Source: Azolla caroliniana (Eukaryota; Plantae; Polypodiophyta). Taken from it: a DNA stretch of 64,000 nucleotides. The notes beneath the pieces were generated by a model. The model had not been told where the DNA came from. It did not search any database and saw only the letters and a program-made list of their open reading frames with translations. The stretch spans positions 15,066,001-15,130,000 of the forward strand of contig JBHGNT010000010.1 in the NCBI GenBank assembly GCA_043228905.1, read 5' to 3'. Made by a program: the position numbers and the translations under genes. Of the stretch, positions 55,391 through 64,000 are shown one piece after another (within the stretch, counting starts at the first letter, position 1; every line of letters begins with the position of its first letter).

Positions 55391-56031
55391 CTGCCCCGTC
55401 AGCGGTCTTCGGTCACGAGGTTGATCGCCGTTGTCCCTCCGTGCTTGCAAGATCTGGAGGTTGCGCACCATTTGCATCAGCTCTTCCAGAGTTGCTCCTC
55501 CGGAAGAGCCTTTGACCACTCCGCTCGAGGCTGGGCCCGTCTCGAGCCAATTCTGAGTCTCTTCCTTCCCAGCCGGCACCGATACCGGCTCCTTGAGCTT
55601 CCTCGCCGGGACCGGTCCCAACGCTCACGAGCCCTCATCACTCCACATCGCGCCGCTTGTCAAAGCGGGCGTAGACTCCTTTGACCACGGCCCAGTCAGC
55701 CGTGAGGCCTCCATCCGTCTCCAATAGGAGACCCACCTTCTCCCGATCGAATGCATGCACCGACTTGACGAACATCAAGACCCTGCTTGTGTCAAGCAAG
55801 GTCCGATTCAGCGCTGACAGCCGAGCGAACCGTTGTTTGAATTCCTGGAGGAGCACCAACATGTTCCTCCCCTTTCCAGGGCTCTCAACCCAAGCCATGA
55901 AGTCCCGCTTCGACAGCCGAAGTGAATCGTCGTACCCGTACTTCTCGAGGAGCCGCCCTTCGAGCTTCACCCAAGCATGGCATCCAGCCAGCACCTTGAG
56001 CACCTTCGCGTGGATGCTTGGCGTCACCACT
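55391..56031 (-). pseudogene. Gag-like fragment of a non-chromoviral gypsy family
   Basis: DFMAWVES..EFKQRFARLS..RVLMFVKSV..GLTADWAVV is homologous to the gag-like ORF at 63185-63620 (DFDQWVAS..EFERRLARLP..KVLLFVRLI..GL.EDW). Confidence 0.7.
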
Positions 56032-56593
56032 TGAGGGTGTTAACTCTTAGGGCCGGACAATGGCCTAACATAGGGTGTCTACGGAAGACACTTCACCAAA
56101 GGGTGTTACGGCAACCGGATTAGACTCAACGCTTAATCCGACTTAATTAAGTTACTTAGCATGATCGTATTTCCTAATCACACGCGTAAGATATAACAAT
56201 TAAGGCAGAACGACAATTAACACAGAGAGATAACAACGCTAAGCTTTTTATTAATTAACCGCTATTCATTACATTGTATCCGGGCCTTTAAATAGGTTTC
56301 CGGTCTGTATTACAAAACGGTGCCATCCGCACCTGTTCGGGATCGGTCCGGATCTGGAACGACATACTGATTCTGGTCCGTCCGTCCACACTCATAGCTT
56401 AATTACAACCACATTCCTACTACTTAAATAACTCTCTGTTTCCCACTCTGGACTCCTTTGCCGACCGGTAACACATGGCCTGCCCGTGGGACAGTACCTT
56501 GTACGTCGAATCCACAACCGACCCTTGCTATTCTTCGTCCAAAATATCCAGAATGCTTTGTTCAAGAGTCTCCAATGGTTCATCTGGAATTGG

Positions 56594-56628
<35 letters not shown>

Positions 56629-59600
56629 GCTGCTCTATTGACGTCTGCTGCGATGGGTCCGTTGATGGCTGCTGCTGCTGCTCCTCCGTTTGTTGCTTTA
56701 ACACCGACGTCTCCGTCATTGCTCCCTTCGTCGTAGTGGTCTCCGGTTGACTGGTTCCGGGCTGGCCCTCAGCCGGCGACGGTTCCTCATCACTAAGGTT
56801 AATCGTTGCCGCTTCCCGTGCTTTTTCTTCTCGAACCCAGGACCGCTCGTAGCTTTCAAACTGGACTTGAGTGTCCAGCCTATCATCGTCTAGCTGAGCT
56901 ACGAGCTGCCTGACCTGCGCCAGCTGTTCATCCTCCAGGACTTGGAAGTCGTCGGCCAGCTCGTCCCGTATGGCGGTGAAGTCCTCCGAAGTCAACATAT
57001 AACAATCATCTCCTTCCTTCCGCCGGTTTGCCATGTCTACCCGTAGCAATTGGAGTTCCGCCGCGTTTTGTGCCCACTTTGTCCACCATCTTACGGAGCT
57101 TTCATCAATCAAGTGTTTTGTCTAATTCAGCCATGCCCGGAGGATGGACTGAATCCAGCCCGTTCCTAATTGCGATTTGGTTTCCGCCGCTTGCCGTTCC
57201 TCCTTCAGTTGCTTGATGATTTTTACGTTGTCTTCCGCCTGCGCCTTGTAATGCGTCAATTGCCTTTGATATGTGCTTTGTAATTTCTGCAATACTGTTG
57301 ACGCTCTCTCTTTTTCTTCCTGCTGCTGCCTTTGGAGCTCCATCCGGACCTTCTTCGCCTCGTCCAAGCGTCTTGTATTTTAAGCACGTTCGTCGGCGAT
57401 CGCCGTCGCGGCCCGATAAACTTCCTGCTGGAGCTCGGCCATCCGTTCCTTATGCTCCGTTTCCAGCCGTTTGTAGTCCCGGTGCAGGTGCTCAAAATCA
57501 TCTGTCTTTTGCTTGAGCCGTGCGTTGATTTGTCGACGGGCCCAGTCCTCGCGGTCCTTTTGCTGGCGAAGCTCTTCCTTTAGCCGTTCAATCTCCGTTT
57601 CCGCCGTTTTCCGCAGCTTGTCCTTTTCTTGCAGCACTTTGTCTTTCTCCTCCTTTAGCCGGTCGTACGCTTGATGGCCTTTCCGGAGGCTCTCCTCTGC
57701 CCGGCGGAGGTTCTCAGCAGTCTTCTTTAATTCGGCTTCGGCCGCTGTCTTCAATTCCCGTTCACGGCTCCTTAGCGCTTCTTGTGCGGCAAGTTCATCT
57801 CTCAATTCCGCAAGGTCCTGGGCTTGCGCCGCATCTCTCGCCGGAACGGTTTCCGTTGCCGGGGTCTTATTGGTATGTACAGGTCGATCCGTTTCTTTAT
57901 TCTGTACACTTACCGGAGTCACCGGTGGTTGGATCTGTGTTGCCGTTAAGGCCATTTTGGCCATCTCTGTCGTGACCTGATCCAAGTCTTTTTCAAGGCA
58001 CCAGATTCTGGACCGGTCCGTCTCTAGTTATTCGGTTGTGACGAGCAACCGTTCGCTTTGCGCTCTTTCTTCCGCCTCAATATACCCCACTGCTCCGGCT
58101 ATCTGTTCGCCTATCCACCGGAGCCACAGGCTACCGGTGCCTTGTTGTGCTTGCACGGAGGTTTGATAGATGGGTTCACTTGTAGACGGGTGGTCCCGCC
58201 TGGTTGCGCCGAGTTGCAGTTCCGTTTCTGCCCGTGGACCACCCTGCTGTTCTGGCTCCCGTTGCGCTTCTTCTTGGCTGGCCGAGGGAGGCTGCATTGA
58301 CCTTTCCGACTCTGGCCGGATGGGACTTGCAAGTGTTGCCGGTGGTGCCGGGGCTTCTGATTCCGGTGCCATGCGCACCGGTTCCGGTTCCTTCCTTGGC
58401 GTGGGAGTCTCAGTATGGGGAGCCGGTGTTCCCTCCGTCTGAGGGTCCGAACGTTTCCCAGCTGCCTCAACGGTCCTTGCCGACGACCGTCGCTGGAGGT
58501 GCTCCGTCGGCTCCTCCTCTATTTCCTCTTCCTGAGTTCCGGCATTGACTTTTGCCGCCAAGGGGTCCGCTTCTCTATTCACCGGTCGGCGGAGTGTAAC
58601 CTTTACGGGCTGTGCCGGTGGTTCCTCCTGCGCATCCGTTGGCCGCTTCCGGCTGCCCCTCTCCTTTCCCGCCTATTCTGCATCTGCCGCCTTTCCCTTA
58701 GTGGCCTTAGAGGCCAACAACTGTTGTCGTTTGGAAGCCGTCTTTGGGGTGCCGTTCGCCATTCTTCCTCGCTTCTTGGGTTGGACGGGCTGGTCGGGTG
58801 GCACAAGCAAGGTGAGCCACTGCGTTACGGCGTGCCATATTCTCCGTTCGTCTCGGCCTTCTTTGCCGTCTTTGCCTCTGACGATCTCGATCGCCGCACA
58901 CAACCCGTCTGCGATCAATACCGGCCAATCCACCTTGATCCCTTCATAGGTGGCGATGATCATCCCTGCCCGGTTCTGCGGCATGACAGGGGGTCTAGGG
59001 TACACGTGGCCGTATTCGTGGAGCACACGAGCAATCTCGCGGAACAACATATCTCCGCCGCCTTGTGTCCGGTAGCCCTTGCTGGCTAGAGAGTACTCAC
59101 CAAAATACCTGCTGAGTTGCTCCGGGGTTGGATTGTCAATCGTGAGTATGCCTCCCTCCGGAAGGCCTGTTAACGCTCGAATCGCCTCTGCCGTTATGAC
59201 CTCTGTGTCGATTTCTTTGATCACTTTGTCGGCTTCTTTGTGTGGCGGTACTTCCATCATCATCAAGAAGCCCTTGAGCCCGTGTTGCTTTAGCCATGTC
59301 TTGGCGGCTTCCGACAACGTTTGCGGGTCCATGTCTGTGTCGAGGTCGGACTGCGGTGGCGAGGTTGGATGGTGATGAGAGTGAGGTTGAGAGAGAGAGA
59401 GAGTTCAGAAGGCGGGGGTTCTCTGTGCGTAGGTTCTCGTGTGATGATCTTGCAGCGTCTTGGTGCTTCTGTGCTCCTGGGTTCGCGAAAGTAAAGGGTT
59501 CACGCAGTTGTTTTTGTCTGTGCATTCTGGCGCCTTTTTCGAGTGTCTGCATGTCGTGTACTAAAATAGCATTATGTCCTGTGGTAGCGCTTTAAATGCC

Positions 59601-60310
59601 CACTATGTACCTTTTCGCTCCTCGCTCTTTCATCCATTCATTCCTCGCTTTTGCATGATTCTTTTATTTTATTTTTTATTTTATTTTTTATTTTTTTAGT
59701 GTGACGTTACTTGTCCGTTGGTCCTCTCGAACCCTTACCGGCCTCATTCCCCCTAGTTACCGGCTCGCCGTCTCCGCCGTCTTGGTGGTTGCCGTTTCCC
59801 TTACTGGTGTCGGTCCTTTGCTCAAATGGGTTCTTACGCATCGGTCCTCTATATGGCTTCAATCGGAATCCGTTGACCCATTTGCCTAGCACTTCGCCGG
59901 CAAGTGTCCCTAACTGGTAGGACCCATTATACTCACGTGTTAGCCAATACAGTCCGGTCCATCTAAACCGTAGTTTACCCGGCATCTTGCCCATTCGGGT
60001 CTGAAATACTAACACCGGCCAATTACGAACATTTTTTCGTTTCCTTTCCTGTGCCGGTCGACAAATGCTTTCCGTCGCCATTGCTCCAATTCTAAGTGCA
60101 GGATGCTGGCTAGTCGTTGTTCCTCGAGTTCACACAGCGCTGTTAACCGTATTCCCTCCGACTCCTTCTCGTTCAGCCGTTCCCGTAGCTGGATCCGTAA
60201 GCTGGGTACTTGGAATTCCACCGGCATTACTGCCTCTAGTCCGAACACTAATCGGAACGGTGTTGTTCGGATGCTCGTCTTGTATGCCGTCGGATATGCC
60301 CAAAGCGCGT
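56032..60310 (-). mobile_element. 3' half of a non-chromoviral Ty3/gypsy element: integrase C-terminus, extra ORF, probable 3' LTR 56032-56394
   Basis: Integrase ALWAY.TAYKT..TPFRLVFGLEAVMP..KLRFRWTG..VNGFRLKPY at 59707-60310, no chromodomain. LTR termini TGAGGGTG..CACACTCA. Confidence 0.8.
56528..59332 (-). pseudogene. Extra ORF (935 codons, four in-frame stops) downstream of integrase
   Basis: Five ORF-track pieces (starts 59332, 58582, 57985, 57367, 57112) are all in one frame. Globular N-terminus (IRALTGLPEGG..GIKVDWPVLI), P/E-rich linker, long coiled coil, poly-Q. Confidence 0.8.
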
Positions 60311-61431
60311 TGTCGCATTGTTATGCGCGTGCGTGGGGAAAGGCGGGACCACGGGGGTCTTGGACTAGGGAGTGATGGAGTGTAGGAAGTCGTGCTTCAC
60401 CGTTACCGAGGCATCCCAGAAACACGCCGGAAGCAACCGAAGGGAGAGAGAGAGAGAGAGAGAGAGAGATTAACACCGACTCACACACACACACACACAC
60501 CCGCACACACACACAGCCTCACACTCGTACACACAGCTCAACTCGACTCGCGCCTTATGTACAGAAAACGTAGGAGAAGGTAAGCACCCGATGCCAACAG
60601 CGACGCGAATATACACAGACAAACGTAAACGTATATGTATGTATATATATGAAGAATACATTCCCGGCTTCGAGCCGGACCAAGATAACTTACAACAGTC
60701 GTCTGTTGTCAAGCCGCCGTCGGGGAGCTCTCGGGCTCGTCGCGCCGAGCGGGGTCTTGCACAGGAGATGAGCTGCAGCAAACCCCAAGCGAACACGAAG
60801 GAGAAGAAGAAGAAGAAGAAGCTAACTCTAAACCTACCGGTATACCCTCTAAAGCAAAATGGGCAACCCTTTCACAAAGGGCGTTCCCTTCCTTTTATAG
60901 AACAAGGAAAGGGATGCGTTACAATGTGGGACAAATCCCGACTTACATGGGATTGTCTGTCCCGACTTAACTACTCTTCGGCGCCATAAAGGCGCCCTCG
61001 ATATTCACACTAAATGTACATGGGTGCGTACACACACTGCACCCCGCCGATGTAGCCAATGTTTCCCGGTTTCCGCTTGTGGACGAAAATCTTCACGACA
61101 TCCGCCCCCACCTAACCGCACATCCTCCGGTATGTGCCAAAACATAGGGGAGAGAACACGAGATTTTCGGCCACGACGACCGACCGAGTCCTTAGCGTCC
61201 TCGTGGGCCTGCCCGAGTTTGTCTTCCACTTCGAGCAAGACCACCCCGTCCACACGAACCACCGCCGCCTTCCGACCCACCATCCTCGCCGAATGGTCTC
61301 GAACCGTCGGCGCCATCCGATCCGCCACACTCGACGATGTTCGCCGAGTCGTTGCCTCCACCCGATCCGCCACGTTCACCGTGGGTCCTTGAACCACCGA
61401 CTACATCCGACCCGCCGTATCCGATGCCCGT
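60311..61431 (-). mobile_element. 3' LTR (60311-61100) plus adjacent internal sequence of a gypsy-type element inserted into the integrase
   Basis: Inverted close homologue of 61432-62184. TG..CA ends. PPT-like ggtgggggcgga next to 61100. Confidence 0.85.
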
Positions 61432-64000
61432 TGTCGTGAAGAATTTCGGCCATAGGCGAAAACCGGGAAACATTGGCTACATCGGCGGGGTGCAGCGTGT
61501 GTACTCACCCATGTACATTTAGTGTGAATATCGAGGGCGCCTTTATGGCGCCGAAGAGAGTCAAGTCGGGGCAGACGATCCCATGTAAGGCGGGATTTGT
61601 CCCACATTGTAACGCATCCCTCTCCTTGTACTATAAAAGGAAGGGATCACCCTTTGGAAAGGGGTTGCCCATTTTGGATTAGAGGGTATACCGGTAGGTT
61701 TAGGGTTAGGTTTCTTCTGCTTCTTCTTCTTCCCCTTCGTGTTCGTTTAGGGTTGGCTGCAGCTTATCTCCTGCGCAAGATCCCGCTCGGCGCGACGAGC
61801 CCGAGAGCTCCCCGACGGCGGCTTGACAGTAGACGACTGTTGTAAACTATCTTGGTTCGGCTCGAAGCCGGGAATGTATTCTTCTTCTATATATATACAT
61901 ATACGTTTGTGTCTATCTGTGTATATTGGCATCTTGTTGGTGTCGAGTGCTCCCCTTCTTCCCTGCGTTTCCTGTACATAAGGGCGTGAGTCGGGTCGAC
62001 TGTGTGTGTGTGTGTGTGTGTGCGTGAGTCGGTGTTAAGCACGCTCTCTCCCCCTTGGGTTGCTTCCGGTGTGTTTCTGAGATGCCCCAGAAGCAGTGAA
62101 GCACGACCTCCTACGCTCCATCGCTCCCTAGTCCAAGACCCCGTGGTCCCGCCTTTCCCCACGCACGCGCGTAACAATGCGACATCTTTGGTGAACCCGA
62201 CGTGAAAGGCGGCAAGGGAGGATGGAGTCGGAAGACGACGACCTTGTGGAGATGGTGGCCGAAGTGGTGTTGGAGTCGGCACGAGTGGTGATGAGGCGAG
62301 AAGCAACGCAACAAGCGGGTGAGCGAGTGGTCAAAAGAGTCGGCCGTTTCAACGGGGACAAAGTCCCATCTTTCTTGTGTTGGTAGACAGGTCCCTCCGG
62401 ATGGGAAGGGAGAAGAACAGTGCCGACGAACAAACTCGGCCGAGGCCGAAATGGTATGAGGAGTACCCGGCTACGGAGAGCCGGATGATACAGGCCTGGT
62501 GTGAACTGGATGAGGAGTACCCGGCTACGGAGAGCCGGATGGTGCAGGCCCGGTGTGAACCGAATGAGGAGTACCCGGCTACGGAGAGCCGGATGATACA
62601 GGCCCGGTGTGAACCAGATGAGTAGTACCCGGCTACGGAGAGCCGGATGGTGCAGGCCCGGTGTGAACCGGATGAGGAGTACCCGGCTACGGAGAGCCGG
62701 ATGGTGCAGAACCGGAGGAAGAGACATATTCGTAAATATGTTTCTGAGAGCCCATCGAGGCTATATTTGTAAATAGCCGAAAAGTCATATTAGTATAAAT
62801 ATGACTTAGGGCAAACTTTTAGTTGTTGTTGTCATTTTCTGTTTTGCACGAAATTCGAGTGCGTAACTGTACAGAGAGAGAGAGAGAGAGATCAAGGTCG
62901 TTGCCTCTGTTGTAACCGCCGCCTGTGGCGAAGATCGAGAGCACGAGGTCGTTGCCTCCGTGGACTCACTGTTTTTGTACATTCTTACATAGTGACAGTT
63001 TGCAGCCTGTGGACTGCCATGGTTTTTCCCCTAGTTTGGGGTTTTCCACGTAAACCTCCTGTGTAGTGTGTCTGTATCTTCCTCTCCTTTGTGTCCTGTT
63101 TTATTTCCCGTCTTCTGTGTATCATTCTACGCTCGGTTGTGGCCGAGAATCGCACATAAGGATCGTTGGGTTCCCGTCATCTTGGAAGCCTACAACGCGG
63201 AAATGGAGGAGCGTGGCGTAGACGAGGCGTTGAGGCTGGAGTTCTTCTGTCGGGTCGTGGCTATCCGGATGCATGCGGAAATAAAGGAGCTCCGTGAGGC
63301 TCATAGTTCGTGGGAGGCCTTTGAAGAGGCGCTCCTGAAGGCATACGGAGGACGGCGGAAGAGTCGGGGACGACACGACTTCGATCAGTGGGTAGCATCG
63401 GCAAAGACCCACCGGGGTGCGACGAAGGCGTTCCGGGAGTTCGAGCGACGACTTGCTCGGCTCCCAGAGCGGGAACAAGGTTTGGTGGGGGCGGACAAAG
63501 TCCTTTTGTTCGTCAGGTTGATCGACTGAGCGGAACGGGAAGCCATTGGGATTGAGCTCGAAGACGATGACGAGCGAATGGGCTTACGGAGGACTGGTCG
63601 AAGGTCGGAAGGGTGTGCCAACGGCTAGACAACGAGCGAGCTGAGAAGGCTAAGAGGAAGGTACGCGACGGCGTGCCATCACAGCGGGAAGAGGTCGAAT
63701 GGCAGAGAGAGTCAGCAAGGGTCGGCGTTGGGGCCAGGATTGCGGAGGCGTACGCAGCTCTCAAAGCGAAGCTCGAGGAAGAGGGGAAAATCGAAGCCGA
63801 AGAAGGGCTTATTATGGAGTCGGGCCGGAGGCGATCGGAGGATGAGGAGGCCGAAAGAGAATGGCACATCGGTACCACGGGAGAGGGTGCGGGACGAGCC
63901 ACCCTCCCGACTTGCGGGGATAGAACGGCCAAGGACGAGGCCGAGATACAGATCGCGGAACCGGAACGTTGGGACCAGCGGTTTCGGGCGTGTCAGCCCG
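61432..64000 (+). mobile_element. 5' part of an LTR retrotransposon: 5' LTR 61432-62184, tRNA-Trp PBS 62189-62205, gag-like ORF from 62222, running off the window
   Basis: TGTCGTGAAG..TGCGACA, PBS TGGTGAACCCGACGTGA. ORF MESEDDDLVE..RVGRFNGDKVPSFL|EAYNAEMEERGV rejoins across the solo LTR insertion. Confidence 0.87.
62378..63179 (+). mobile_element. Copia-type solo LTR (802 bp), TSD TCTTG, with an internal 54-bp tandem repeat
   Basis: TGTTGG..CCGTCA. TCTTG at 62373-62377 and 63180-63184. Repeat units start at 62458, 62512, 62566, 62620 and 62674. Confidence 0.9.

Noticed and set aside
46823-59595. Numerous antisense and alternate-frame ORFs over the GC-rich retroelements
   Set aside because: Shadow ORFs expected from high GC content opposite real coding frames, with no domain motifs.
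62458-62712. CRISPR-like regular repeats
   Set aside because: Head-to-tail tandem units without unique spacers, inside a eukaryotic LTR. The same applies to the 177-bp and 179-bp arrays.

Overview
Eukaryotic land-plant nuclear DNA, most likely a seed-free plant such as a fern (inferred from a flagellar ODA-docking-complex homologue and the transposon lineages). The window has two zones. Bases 1-37.3 kb are an AT-rich gene island with five intron-containing genes, reconstructed by hand from GT-AG boundaries: the 3' end of BRE/BABAM2 (+), a NIN-like RWP-RK/PB1 transcription factor (-), a group D TDY MAP kinase (+), a plastid ABCB29-type ABC transporter with an in-frame TAG in exon 1 (-), and an ODA-DC2/CCDC114-like coiled-coil gene (-). 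LINE relics, MITE-like elements and tandem repeats lie in between. Bases 37.4-64 kb are a nested transposon pile inside a Sola2-like DNA transposase gene. It holds a chromodomain Ty3/gypsy element (apparently self-priming, with a tRNA-like cassette in its LTR) that carries a full-length Ty1/copia, a second copia fragment, a non-chromoviral gypsy with a large extra 3' ORF, a tRNA-Trp-primed LTR family inserting at CpG-centred sites, and solo LTRs. Family assignments come from recalled motifs, not database searches.
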